This document shows, piece by piece, positions 45,758 to 59,600 of a DNA stretch of 64,000 nt (its first letter is position 1; the number at the start of each line of letters is the position of its first letter). The DNA is taken from NCBI GenBank assembly GCA_965153355.1, contig OZ231126.1, positions 15,066,001-15,130,000 of the forward strand. The letters are read 5' to 3'. The notes beneath the pieces are model-generated. The model was not told the DNA's origin. It did not search any database and worked only from the letters and a program-made list of their open reading frames with translations. This DNA comes from Flaccisagitta enflata (lineage: Eukaryota). The position numbers and the translations under genes were made by a program.

Positions 45758-47160
45758 TTGTACTCTTTTGTCTCAACTATTGCCTAATCCCCTTGTCCTC
45801 CTTAACCCCAAGTGCTGCATAATGCCCCTTATCCTCCTATATCTGAACTGCTGCCTTGATCCCATTTTCCTTATCCTCCTATATCTGGACTGCTGCCTTG
45901 ATCCCATTTTCCTGTCCCCAATACCCATCATCCTCCTATAACCTGATGCTGTCTGGTGGCCTTTTTCCTGTCCCTAATGGTCCCAACTGCTGCCTGAATC
46001 TTTTTGTTTTTGGTAACCCTAATTACTGCCTCAATCCTTTGTCCTCCTTATTACTAGCTGCTGCCTCATACCCCTCATCCTCCTTTGTCTTGACTGCTGC
46101 CTAAATGCAATTTTCCTCCCCCAAATGGTTCTAACTGGTGCCTGATACCCCTCACCCCCCTAAATCCCAACTGCTGCCTCATACCCTTCTTCCTCCTTTG
46201 TCCTGACTACTGCCTGAATGCAATTTTCTTCCATCAAATGGTTCTAACTGCTGCCTGATACCCCTCACCCATCCATATTGCAGCTGCTGTCTAGATGCCA
46301 TTTTCTAACCCTAATGGTACCAACTGCTGCCTCACTCTTGTTATGGTTCTCTCAACTACCGCCTCAACCCTTTATCCTCTTTTATCCCAACTGTTGCCTG
46401 GTATAAGCCATCCTCCTTTTCACTGCTGCTGCCTAACACCCCTTATTCTCCTATGTCCCCTTGTACTCTTTTGTCTCAATTATTGCCTAATCCCCTTGTC
46501 CTCCTTTACCCCAAGTGCTGCATAATGCCCCTTATCCTCCTATATCTGGACTGCTGCCTTGATCCCATATTCCTTATCCTCTTATATCTGGACTGCTGCC
46601 TTGATCCCATTTTCCTGTCCCCAATACCCATCATCCTCCCATAACCTGATGCTGTCTGGTGGCCATTTTCCTGTCCCTAATGGTCCCAACTGCTGCCTGA
46701 ATCTTTTTTTTTGGTTACCCTAATTACTGCCTCAATCCTTTGTCCTCCTTATTACTAGCTGCTGCCTCATACCCCTCATCCTCCTTTGTCTTGACTGCTG
46801 CCTAAATGCAATTTTCCTCCCCCAAATGGTTCTAACTGGTGCCTGATACCCCTCACCCTCCGAAATCCCAACTGCTGCCTCATACCCCTCGTCCTCCTTT
46901 GTCCTGACTACTGCCTGAATGCAATTTTCTTCCATCAAATGGTTCTTACTGCTGCCTGATACCCCTCACCCATTCATATCGCAGCTGCTGTCAAGATGCC
47001 ATTTTTCTAAACCTAATGGTACCAACTGCTGCCTAACTCTTGTTAATGGTTCTCCCAACTACCGCCTCAACCCTTTATCCTCTTTTATCCCAACTGTTGC
47101 CTGGTATTAGCCATCCTCCTTTTCACTGCTGCTGCCTAACACCCCTTATTCTCCTATGTC
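45758..47160. repeat. Tandem duplication, 2 x ~703 bp, built from degenerate CTGCTGCCT..CCC..TCCTCC subunits
   Basis: Offset 703 holds at 45761/46464, 45941/46644 and 46457/47160. Confidence 0.9.
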
Positions 47161-47747
47161 AAAAATGCTGCCTACGACCCCTCATCCCAATTGCTACCAG
47201 ATTCCTATCTACCTCCAATATCCCAATTGATTTCAAATTCCTGTATCAATTCTCCTTTCTACTGCCTAGGACCCCCCCCCCCGCATTGAGATAGCTGTTC
47301 CCCATTGCTGCATCAATCATGAAGCCATCCTCCATTGCTAAATCTATTCCCTTGTCACACCTTATTGCAACTGCCGTCTAAACACCTGTCTTCTTCAATT
47401 CCAACTACAGCATACATTCACTTAATTTATCTGTTTATTCATGCCCACTTCATGCATAAGAAGTAGTTTTGATTTGATGTGGAGTAATCGCTTAGGAGTG
47501 CTTTTCTATCCAAAAGATGATTTCAGTATCTGCACTAAGACTAAGGGCAACCAATTTTCTTTGTTTCAGTTTGATTTTATCTGGATCTACCTTCTCATCT
47601 TCACTGATTTTATGATCACTTCAAACTTTTAATATGGAACTTATATGATCTCATCACTACAAACATTCGATATGGGACAAATTTTATCACACTAACTTTT
47701 ACGATCACTACCTACATTCAATATGGACCCAATTTGATCTCGCAAAC

Positions 47748-50700
47748 ATGTCTGTTCCCAAGGAGCTTGAACGCTTCTTAACTCATCGTGAAGATGACCC
47801 AGTGAATGTGTACCGAATCACACTACCTCCCAAAGATCCCTGCTCGCGCATCCCTTCGCAACACCCCTACATCAAACGTCTCAGTAAGTGAACAGTTATA
47901 TTTCATAAGTACCTCTATGGATATTGAATATGTTTTTCTACTATATTTATAAGCTTCAATCTATGCTTTTTTTTCAGGGGTCGAGTTCCAGTCGCATGAA
48001 CGATCATGTAACGCTGAAAAACCGACAACGGATGGTTTAGGCATTAACTTCAGTTTGGACAATGGCACGCTTCTTTCCTCTGATGTCCCAGTGCGGCTGA
48101 TGGATTCCACGACTGAGCAAGGTGAGGAATATCCAATAAAGATTATTATCAAGAAATATTCCTTAGTAGCATGCAGGGATAGTCCTTATCTTTGGTTGAC
48201 TTTTGACATCTCAGATGTCTATTCTGTTGATCTTTTGGATGTCAATTCTTTGAACCTTTGGCCGGATGACTTTTTGGCTGGATGACTTTTTTGGCGGATG
48301 ACTTTTTGGGCAGATGACTTTTTGGGCGGATGACATTTTGGGCAGATGATGTTTTGGGTGGATGACGTTTTGGGTGGATGACGTTTTGGGTGGATGACGT
48401 TTTGGGTGGATGACGTTTTGGGTGGATGACGTTTTGGGTGGATGACGTTTTGGGTGGATGATGTTTTGGGTGGATGACGTTTTGGGTGGATGACGTTTTG
48501 GGCGGATGATGTTTTGGGCGGATGACGTTTTGGGCGGATGAAGTTTTGGGCGGATGACGTTTTGGGCGGACGGCATTTTGGGACATTTTGGGCGGATGAC
48601 GTTTTGGGCGGATGACGTTTTGGGCGGATGACATTTTTTACTTGTGCATAAACTGGTAAATTTACTGTCATGCTTCTTCTTGATGATAGGTGTGGATCTT
48701 TGCGCACTTTTCCAGCAGAAGCCATCCTTGAAGCATACAACTTCTACAAATTTGTTCGAAGAAACACTGCGTGTGCCCCAATTTGGTTGGAAAAGGTTAG
48801 AAATAGAAATGCATGTGATATCATTGGTTCACTTATGTTTCTCATGTTGCTCTGATTATCATATTGTCTTTGAAATGCCAGGTTGGAAAAGAATAACCGT
48901 TCGTCTTCCGAAACTACATATCGCGTGGTTCGAGTCCTTTACGACCGCATTGTGGCCAGGCATCGAAACCCACTTGAGAACTGCCCTTTTGGCTGTGAAA
49001 ACGAGTAAGTTTACAATTTGGATTGGAATAGTTTCATTTCATTATCCAAGGTTAGTATAAATTTATTAAAAAACAATTTTTCTTACAGTGAAGAAAATTG
49101 GATGAAGAGCGCTGCAATGAAGAAGTTAAATCCCACGGGTGCCTTTTTCAAGGTCAAAAACCATCTTCATACGAAACACAAGATCCCAAAGAAAAGCCTC
49201 TCAAAGTTCAATGGGCTCATCAAAGGCGTCACCAAGCAAATGTTGTATGATTCTCTCAAGGATGATCTGAGGTGAGAATCTTGGTTTGAGTCAATTATGC
49301 TGTACTTTTCATGAAGTAGTTTCTTTATTTCACAATTTTTTTCATTTCCACAGGATTATTCAGGATCGTGGTCTTGATATCACCCCTCCAATTGGTGGCT
49401 TGTTTACTCAATCATACAAAGAATTGCATTTGAGGTCCAAAGAGAGCTTTAACGATGTTGATCATGCAAAACTCAGCGGCAAGCTAGAGTACCCTTATGT
49501 CCAGCCAACTAGCACTACTGGAAATCTCATGGTGGAGTCTGAGGATCTGGACAATGCCGAGGCTGACATTACGGAGACATCAATTTTGCCTAGTGGACCA
49601 GAGCAAATTTGCCCCAACAATAATTCACTCAATCAGAGTACGACATCTGAAATGCACACTGCTTCTGCTGTTTCCCAAGTATCCAAAACTGGCTCTTCCT
49701 CGCCTTTTCGCTTCGTCCCATCCTCATTGAAGGAGACGCTGTTCCTTCGCAATTTGATGGAGCATCCTTACTGGATTCACACATTTCAGCTCATTAAGAA
49801 GGAGAACCCCGGAGTTACAGACCTAGTGAATGAGGGAGAGGTTTTGATTTTTTCCAAAGAAAAGATCGGTGAACTGCAAATCTCAAATGGTGAGAAAATT
49901 GTCACGTCCATTACTCTCACCGAAGAACAAGAGTCAGTAGACTACGCCTCTTACATGAAGTCTGTCATTTCAAAGTTTGGAATGCCTGGATCGACCCAAC
50001 CTGTCCCTGCAGTTACTACAAACGATGCAAGTGTTGCAATTCCACCCCCAACAGGTTCCATCAAGGAAACTAATTCATGCTCCGCTCCTCCAGATCATGT
50101 TGTGCCTCCTGAAGCTACCTCTTCCAACTCAGATCAATCTGTCTCTGCAGCAGGTTTACACGTTGGTGATCCTGCTGTGGCTTCTCGTCCATCTCAGATT
50201 GCTGCCTTCACACCTTTGGATATACCCACTTCGCAATTGGATTTGGCATTTATCACCGCTCCAAATTTGTGCGCTCTTCCCAGGTCAAGCAATGCTGCTA
50301 CTCCACAATCTATCTCTAAAACATCTTCTACATCAGCGACAACTGCTCCCAGAGTGGATGATCCCATTCCTGTCGCTTTTGATCCTACCCCAGCAGCCTC
50401 TCATCCTACACCAGTGACAACTGCTCATGGCCAGTATTCAGATTCTTGCTTCACCCCCATTGATATGCCTGAAGATCTGATTAGAGAGGCTGAGCAAAAG
50501 GGGAAGACCATTCAAACGGTGAAGAATGTCCAAGCCAACATGGAAGCAACTGGCCATGATTTTTCTATAGCAGCTGTTGTGTCTGAAATCAGTGTGATAA
50601 ACCTGAGCAGCATCCATGGAAGTGGAAATAGCCAGGGTCTAGGTGACCAATCAACGCTCAAACTAGCAAGACCTGGATTTATTACCTCAACTCAATATCC

Positions 50701-53700
50701 AAGGACAGATTCCACAAGGAAAGATTCAGCAAAAGGGACAACAAACATGGTCTCTTCAGCTTCCTCTAGTGTGCCTGAAAGTGTCGCAACAAGCATACCA
50801 CCTACCTCAGCATCATCAAAAGCCTGCTATTTTGCAGCTGGTCCAGGTTCTAATGCTCCTTTAGATGTTATGTCAGCTGCTGTTGCAAGTTCGTCTGAAA
50901 ATTCATTCAAAAAGTCATCCAAGAAGCCATCAGAAAAGTCATCCGAAAAGTCATTCAAAAAGTCATCGAAAAAGTCATCGAAAAAGTCATCGAAAAAGTC
51001 GTCGCAAAAGTCATCTGAAAAGTCATCTGAAAAGTCATCGGAAAGGTTGCTGGAAAAGTCGCCGGAAAAGTCGCCCGAAAAGTCGCCTGAAAAGTCACCC
51101 GAAAAGTCACCCGAAAAGTCATCCGAAAAGTCATCCGAAAAGTCGCCTGAAAAGTCACCCGAAAAGTCATCCGAAAAGTCACCCGAAAAGTCACCCGAAA
51201 AGTCACCCGAAAAGTCACCCGAAAAGTCACCCGAAAAGTCACCCGAAAAGTCACCCGAAAAGTCACCCGAAAAGTCACCCGAAAAGTCACCCGAAAAGTC
51301 ACCCGAAAAGTCACCCGAAAAATTACCCAGTGCCAGTGCTCATATCCATCTTCAAAAAGCAATGGACACTACAGTAACCTCTGCTACTGGTGTAGCAGTT
51401 CCACCCTCAATTCCGCTTAATACCAGTTCCTGCACAAGAACAACTGCAAGTTTCACTCCTATTTTTGGAACTACTGGCCCAACGGAGCAAGTTGAACCAG
51501 GTTTTTCAGCCAGCCAAAACACCCTTTTGAATGCAAGAGAAACTGTCTCATCTTTCTTGAAGTGGAAGAAACAAATGTTGTCTCTAACTGAAGATTTGCC
51601 TGATTCCAGTCAAGTATTCTCCATTCTTGCTGTTGAGGGAATGAAAGGAAGGATCTTTCCTTTTGTCACACTTGACTGTGAGGGTGATGGCAATTGTGGC
51701 TTTCATGCCATCACTCGCTACCATTTTCCATTTTGGGCGGCTGATTCTGATATACACGCTCAACATGTGTTAAGTTTGAAACAAGCATCCAAGCTGTTTA
51801 TCACTGAGAACTTCACTCCCGAAATTGAATACGATCTGGCAAATGCTTACCCATTCTTGCAAGAAAAAGGTTCGGTGAAAGAAAACTACCTGAAAAATTT
51901 TGCAAAGCTTGAAATTTCCCATGCAGACTTTGTCTGCCTCAGCCGCATCCTTGGTGCAAAATTTCTGATAATTCGTATTCCAGTGAATGGAGAGCCATCT
52001 GTACTGCAAATTTATCATGATTCTCTTAAGCCAGAAGAATTGCTTTCTATTTGGCTTCTCCAGACTGGTGCCGACATCTATGCAGTGCTTCAAGGTGCTC
52101 ACTACACAACACTGATACCCATCTTCTACCTTCTTGGACACAAAGGTCAAAGAATTCCATTGACTTACGAAAATCTGAAGAGAGGGAATTTCAAGTATGC
52201 TGTGGGACCTCATTGTTCATTCAACCAGCTTTTTTTTAGAGGCTTGGATGAATGCCCACCAATCCCTCTTAGGAACATGCCATCCACTGACAAGCAAAAC
52301 TTTCTCCTCAAGGAATTCATGGGAACCCTTCGGGTTTCATCCACTACAACAGCTCCTACTCAGGAAAACAACATTTCTGAGTTAGATGTCAGTGATGAAG
52401 GAAAAGTTGCTGCCAGTGAAGGAAAAGTTGCTGCAACAGTTGACCTGTCTCTTAATATGGGGAATCAAGGGAATGGTGCAACAAGAGGACCATCTGCCAC
52501 TGAAGAAGAGCCCCTTGATGTCTCTGATGATCGTAACAATCAAGACAATTCACTTCCCCCAACGGATAACATTGTTCATGATTCAACCTCAGCTCAAGCA
52601 CCAAATGTTGCTAATTCATATACTCCAATGGAACAACAGCCTGTTCAAAATGTTCCTAACTGTCATGAGAAGACTCTTTGTTCCCTCTTTGGGCCCTCAC
52701 AAACTCCTTCACAAGTTGCAACAGCAGTTCCAGAAACTCAAGATGTACCAATGGGTTCCAATGCTGAAGCTTGTGTCAGCTCTTCTGAAGATGTGATTCC
52801 CTCTAGTGTGGATCCTTCTGCAAGCAACGTGAGAAAGAAACTGTCACGCCGAAGGGGAAAGCTTCCCAACTCTGTTCATGAGAAGCAGTCTGATGATGCA
52901 GGACCTCCAAGTGATTTGATCCCTTCTACTTCCCGGTCCACCAATAAATTAGACCAAGCTGCCTCACAGATGGACATACAACCTACCTCCAGTAAAGAAA
53001 AATCCCCTTTGAAGAAGAGGTTGCGGAGTGCAAAAAATGCAGATTCACATGATTCAGTTGACAATTTGCTGAAGATGGGCACCAAAAGAAGCAAAATTAA
53101 TGAGAAGCAAACATCTGAATCGAAAAAGACCTCTTCCTGGAGTGTGAGAATGAGGAATCTTTCTGGGTCACAATATGAGCCTTTTACAAAAAAGTTGTCA
53201 GATGTGTCTCCTCTGGACAATCAGGCAGAAGAATTGGTCAATTCATTGTTCTATGAAAACTTCAAGGAAGAATCTTGCGATTTTACTTTCTTTTTGGAGT
53301 CTTTTAGGAATGTGAGCTCGGAGAATCAATTCACTGAAGCCCATAAGGTGGAGGTCATGAGAGCGGGCAACAACTTCATAATTAAGACGGTTGGGCGTTT
53401 CCTGACCTATGTTTGTAAAGCCAATGGCCTCTCCCTCTCAAATCCTGATGACAAAACTGCAATCCTCCATGCAGTGGAGAATTCCAAGCTCGTCCAAGAG
53501 TTTCTTTTGGCCCATGCTGAAAGTGGAAGGAAATGGGAAAGTACCAAATATTATTTGACCTGCCTTGAAAAGTTCCATCAGTTTTTGATCCGGTGTGGAG
53601 AACCTCTTTCTGCTAAAACATTTGACCAAATTAAAGCTGATTTTCGGTTAAACTTCCACCCTCTCAAACAACACAACACCGATCGCTTGCATCAGAAAAA

Positions 53701-54976
53701 TCTGCAACATGTTGACATGATGGAAAACCTCCCAATTGAGGACTACGCATTTTTGACAAATGGTGACGAGATCAAAGCTGTAGAAAAGCAGTGGTCTTCT
53801 TTTGACTTTGAGAAAGCTCCACTAGATGAGGTCAAATCCATTCTGGCGCTAGTTACTGGTGTCATTTACCTTATCTATGTCTCATACAATGCTTCCAGGG
53901 CAAATGATTGCACAACCGTTGAGGTTCGTGCTTGGGAAAAGGCACTGAAGGCATTCAAGAAGCAGCGTGACCCTGATGTTGAGTTTCTCACAATCAAGGG
54001 GTACTTGGAGAAGAAGAATTCCTTTTCTGAGAAAAATAAGAAACGTCCAGCACTGAGGCCCACGGTCAACTGGCCAGTTGAATTTGTTGATCTTGTTGAA
54101 GCATACTTACGAGGACTAAAGCGCTTCCATGACAGGCTTCAATGTGAAGGCTTTGAGGTGAACAGACAAGCATTCTTTTCAGGCTTGGAGGGCCAAAAAG
54201 CATCGGGCAATGAAGTGTCCATGTATCGCCGAACAGCATGTCAGGCTTTTGGCATCGAATTCAGTCCAAGGCTTTGGAGACAGTATGTGGAGTCCTCAAC
54301 GAGACAGACTTTTGAGGAGGCATGCACCACCAATCTTACTGCAATCCAAGCCCAAAAAGACATGGCCAGTGTCTCTGCTCACATGGATCACACTGTAGGG
54401 ACTGCCATCCGTCACTATCGCAAAGAAACTGATATCTGTGCCCAAACAACAGGAAAGGTTGTCAAACGCAAGTACGACTCCAGGAAACGCAGAAGAAATG
54501 AAGAATGTTCCAATGACAAAGATGCCACTTCTGAGGCTGTGGATGGAGGCTCTCCGACCTACGAATTGAGTGGAGTTTGGAGCCGAGAAGATTTTCGACC
54601 TTCAAAGAGATCTAGGCCCAAAGACTTCTCAAAAAGGTTGGATGATTTTCTTCTACCAAGGAATTCCCGGCGTATAAAGGAGACTGAGGCAAAGAAGAAG
54701 AAAGAATGTGAAGAGTTCAACGTTTTGTACGAATCGCCAGAGGAAAATGAATCTGCCAAACAGCGATTGGTGCGACGAACGCGTATTTGGAGGCGAGTGA
54801 ATAAGGCCAGAGCAGAGTTGGGTGTAAAGGAAGTGGGTGAGGAGCAAGCGGATGCGGAGCAAGCGGATGCGGAGCAAGCGGATGCGGAGCAAGTGGGTGT
54901 GGAGCAAGCTGATGCGGAGCTAGGGAATGCGGATGGAAACGAAGTTGACATTTCAAACTTATACCCAGATCTCTAA
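47748..54976 (+). CDS. ~2104-aa protein with OTU cysteine protease and C-terminal tyrosine recombinase; 6 exons (47748-47883, 47978-48121, 48690-48795, 48882-49004, 49089-49271, 49354-54976)
   Basis: Spliced length 6315 nt, in frame. OTU: DCEGDGNCGFHA (~51675-51706) ... GAHY (~52100). YR: core-binding-like VQEFL..HAESG...STKYYLTCLEKFHQFL, box I YNASRAND (R 53897), SPRLWRQ (R 54278), HMDHTVGTAIRHY (H 54389, Y 54416). Confidence 0.82.
48262..48632. repeat. 16-bp intronic array GGATGACGTTTTGGG(T/C)
   Basis: Directly visible; reverse complement resembles the AAAA.GTCATCC motif. Confidence 0.95.
50895..51330 (+). repeat. 12-bp coding array GAAAAGTCACCC encoding (SPEK)n/(SSKK)n
   Basis: Directly visible within the large ORF. 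Confidence 0.95.
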
Positions 54977-55619
54977 ATGCCCAGGACGATGTCCCATCGA
55001 CGTTGTCTCCGTTCGATTCAAAACTCCAAACATGTGGTTTATCCTTGCATCTTACCCTAACATTACGCTCACTTGTGATATGATCAACAGATATCTGTGA
55101 TACCCCAAAGAAACCAGGAATGCCAGTCTCTTGTGTTTGCCCTCTTAAACTTGTGTTACCTTTTTTACAGTAAACCAATCATAAACTTTTAACGCTTACC
55201 AATATGTAGTTTTCAAATTTCCATTTTTAATGTCAAAGGGAGACTGAAAAAAGGCCAGTTCATGATGCTCAGTTATTAGAATTAAGACAAAAAAAGTCAA
55301 TTTTTACTACTTAACCTTGAAAGTCAGTTCTAAAGTCATCCTATGTGAAAAGTTGAAAAATATTCCTTTGAAAAGTTCCCTGAAAAGTCATCTGAAAAGT
55401 CATCTGAAAGGTCAACTTAAAATTCATTTTTCAGTCATCAATAAGCATCCCTAGAATCATGTGAAAAGTCATCTTTAAGGTCATCCAAAAATGTCGACCA
55501 AAAATATAAACCAAATATGTCATTTCAAAAATTACTGCTCTTAAAATCATTCTCTAAAAGTCAACTTCTTAAAGTCATCAACCAAGAAAACATCAACCAA
55601 ATAGTTACCTGCCAAAAAG

Positions 55620-56230
55620 TTTTGTAAAAAGTCATCCTTTAAAATGTCATCCTCTGAAAAGTCTTGTAAAAAGTCATCCTTTAAAATGTCATCCTCTGAA
55701 AAGTCATCCTCTTAAAAGTTATCCTCTAAAATGTCATCCTCTAAAACGTCATCCTCTAAGACGTCATCCTCTAAAACGTCATCCACTAAAACGTCATCCT
55801 CTAAAATGTCATCCTCTAAAACGTCATCCATTAAAACGTCATCCTTTAAAACGTCATCCTTTAAAACGTCATCCTTTAAAACGTCATCCTCTAAAAAGTC
55901 ATCCTCTAAAAAATCATCCTTTAAAAAGTCTACCTCTAAAAAGTCATCCTCTAAAAAGTCATCCTCTAAAAAGTTATCCTCTAAAAAGTCATCCTCCATA
56001 ATGTCATCCGCAATAAAGTCATCCTCCAGAAAATCCTCCCCCAAAAAATTTAGCTAAAAAAGTCATCCGTTGAAAAGTCAGCCTCCAAAAAGTCCTCCTC
56101 CAAAATGTCCTCCTCCAAAAAGTCATCCTCCAAAAAGTCATCCTCCAAAAAGTCATCCTCCAAAAAGTCATCCTCCAAAAAGTCATCTTCCTAAACGTCA
56201 TTCTCTAAAAATTCATCCTCTAAAAAGTCA
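55620..56230. repeat. 15-bp array AAAA(A/C)GTCATCCTCT
   Basis: Directly visible. Confidence 0.95.
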
Positions 56231-56653
56231 AAAGATTAGCGCTATTTCTGCACTGTTGTGCATGGTGCTTGAGCTTATTTTTTGTTAATTATTTTCATCT
56301 GATTTTCCTTACCTTGCTTGGTCATAGAATCAACAAGCCAAAAGTCAACCCAAAAAATCAGCCCCTTGGGTAAATCCCTTAAGTCCACTGGAAGCAGCTT
56401 GATCAATAGTCTCAATATGGGCACTATTTTAGATGTGGATGGATTCAGGTTGGGAAGGTGATACAGGCTTTTCAGTTTAGATATTCTTTTTACATTTTTT
56501 TTCACTCCTGAATCACATGTGATTGTTTCCCAATTGATCCCTAAAATTGTGAACGATTCTGAGTATGGCTTGAAGCGGGGTTTTTTACATTCAATTTATT
56601 CTTTGAAGTTAGCAACTTTTTGGAGCTCCATATTCATTTTCCTAGATGCAAAC

Positions 56654-59600
56654 ATGTCTCTCTCTTTTGCTGAGGCTAAAGTATGTTACATTAAGACATT
56701 AGAAGAAATAAATGAAAAATTTTCAATGCCATTGACTAAGTACCATGGATTAAAGATAAAAGAACTCAAAACCTTGAAAAAAACACCTTTTTTCGACCTC
56801 CAATGGGATTCCTTCGTTAGTGACAGCAATGACCTGTCAGAACAATCTGATGTTGTCCGAGACTTTCTGCAAACATTACATTTAATCTCACAGTTTATCC
56901 TTTCAAACATTGGCAATAAAATTGTCTCAATGGAAATGGAAAAGGATATGCTGTTCATCAATGATATTGAAAAATTTTTACAACCTTATGCGCCATTCAA
57001 CAAGCTTCCAATGATGTCTAGTCACAAGTGGTCTACCGATGATGTCTCAACCTGCTTACAGAAATTCTTCTGTTCAAAATCTTTCAAACCGCTGCAACTT
57101 GAATCAATAATATCTACTATGGAAGGAGCGCATGTACTATGCCTTTTCCCAACGGGATTTGGCAAGAGTATGGTTTATCATCTTCCAGCAACTCTTGAAT
57201 ACGGCGCGTGTGTGGTTTTCAGTCCCCTTCGAAGCCTTCTCTCCGATCAACTAAGAATTCTGACTGAATTGGGTATCCACGCTACTTGGATTGATTCAAG
57301 TTTGACGGATGAGGAGGAGAATGAATTGCTCTTATCCCTTAGTGAGCGTGTGTTGAAATGGAATGTTCTGCTACTTACTCCTGAAAAATTCACACTTTCT
57401 TCTAAAATTCAACAAGCGATTGACAACCTACATTCTCGCCAACTTATTCGCCGCTTTGTCTTCGATGAAGCTCATTGTGTCTCTCAGTGGGGCAGGGGAT
57501 TTCGACCAAACTACTTAAAACTGGCAGACATTAGGGAACGATATCCCTTTGTTCCTGTACTGGCACTTACGGCTACTGCAAATGAAACAACAATTTATGA
57601 TATAAAATTCCTGTTAAAAATGGAAGACTGCAAGATCTATCGACATTCTTTCAACAGAAGCAATCTGTCCCTTAATGTGATTAAGAAGTCTCGAGAGGTT
57701 AACCAGGACATCGTGAACCTCATCCAAGGTTCATACTCAACCAAAAGCGGAATAGTCTATTGCAGAACGCAAAAGGAATGTCAATTATTACAAACTACAT
57801 TTGCCAAACAGGGACTTAAAGCTTCAATATATCACGCTGCTGTAAAGCCTCAGACAAAGGAGAAAGTGTTGAGATGGTGGTTGTCTGATCGAATCAAGAT
57901 TGTAATTGCGACAATTGCCTTTGGGCTTGGTATGTATAGCTGTAGCTAGCTTTGCTGATAAATGTTGAGTTTTATCTTTGGACTCATTAAGTATGTCTTT
58001 GATTTGTGTTTACAGGGTGTCCCAAGTCAGTTGCAACATAAAGAATCGACATATCTCTGCTTCTAGGTCCTCAAATCAATTTCTGAAAAAAGATCTAGAA
58101 AGATCTTGGTCTGCACTTTTTGCATGCAAAATTTCATGAAAATCGGACAATTTGTTTAGGGGCCACATTTCTTTGAAATACACAAGTGATTTCTGACCAT
58201 GTCTTTTCTTGGTTTTTTACTTTTTACTGTGCTTTGAAGTAGCTGTCTTTAACTGCTTGTCATTTATTAACCAATTGAGCTAAAACCCTGCGATTGGTCT
58301 CAAATGGCAGATAATTTGTCAGAGATTATAGTTCACTAAAAATCTGACAATTTTCTAAGATTTTGAAAGATTTTCATTGATTTTTTCCCAGATTTCCACT
58401 TTTGAATTTGAAAATGTTTGACAAAAATCATCAATAATGTCAAAAATTATCAAAATTTTCCAAGAATTTTATGCAGATGTATAATTTATGTACAAATATC
58501 TTTCATTTGAGACCAATCCCAAGTTTCTGGATCAATTTGTTATAAAATGGCAGACGGTTGAAGTCAGCTACTTCCAAGTACAGCTATGAAAAAGATAATT
58601 TTTCCACTTAATGTTATCACTCATTTGATGTTCTTCTGACCTGCAACTATCCAATACCCAAAGTTGAGGTTTGGTATGACAAAAAGTGCAAACTTAGATC
58701 TTCATAATTTTTTTTAGGAATTCAAATTGAGTTCCTAGAAGGGGAGATATGTCGATTCTTTATGTTGCAACTGACTTGGGACACCCTGTAATTCCTGTCT
58801 CTCTTCTTTTTCAGGAGTCAACAAATGCGATGTTAGGTTTATTATTCATCAATCCATTCCTTCGTCGGCGGATGACTATTGGCAAGCGTGTGGACGTGCA
58901 GGTGACTAAAGCTCATCAATCCAATGATATTTAGGCAGTACATAGACCAAGGGCTGCACTCAAATACAAGAATACAGGCGAAATAAAAACTGATCAGTGA
59001 AATTATATTTTGTCAACCACTATTTAAGGTCGTGATGGAAATCCCTCCGAATGCTTCCTGTTCTACTCTCGCATGGACCTCTACAAAGTGAAGAAGTTGA
59101 TCGAGTGGCAAAGACGCGTGGATGTGTCTGTCATCAGAAACAATCTCGCTAATCTTTCAGAACTCAATCGCGTGTTATCATCTAATCGTTGTCGTAGACA
59201 ATCAATTTTGACTTTACTGGATGATTTTGGGAATCCAAGTTGTTTGGAGTCTGAAGCGAAATGTGATAACTGTAAAAAGATCTTTGAGCCTTCAACACGT
59301 GATGTTACCAATGAAGTTTTGGCCATCTTGAATTACTTGAAATTATTGCCGATCCTCAATACCTTCACACTGCGCGGTTTACTAGCTGGTATCAATCACG
59401 GATTCTCCTTTCCAAACAATAATCTCATTGAGGGATTACTTAAGAAATGGCCATCAGATGAAATTGCTCAGTTTACCGATTTTTTATTAAATGAGCAATT
59501 TATTTTGAAGAAGGGTCTACTTTTGAATAATGTGCCCTCTCATTTCCTCACTATTGGCTCACCCCCCACAGCGAATGTATTATTTCCCGTTCATGAAGTA

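Noticed and set aside
49286-49353. ORF-track start of the 1896-aa ORF (likewise 29266 and 56519)
   Set aside because: Non-ATG starts in pyrimidine-rich sequence ending in a splice acceptor
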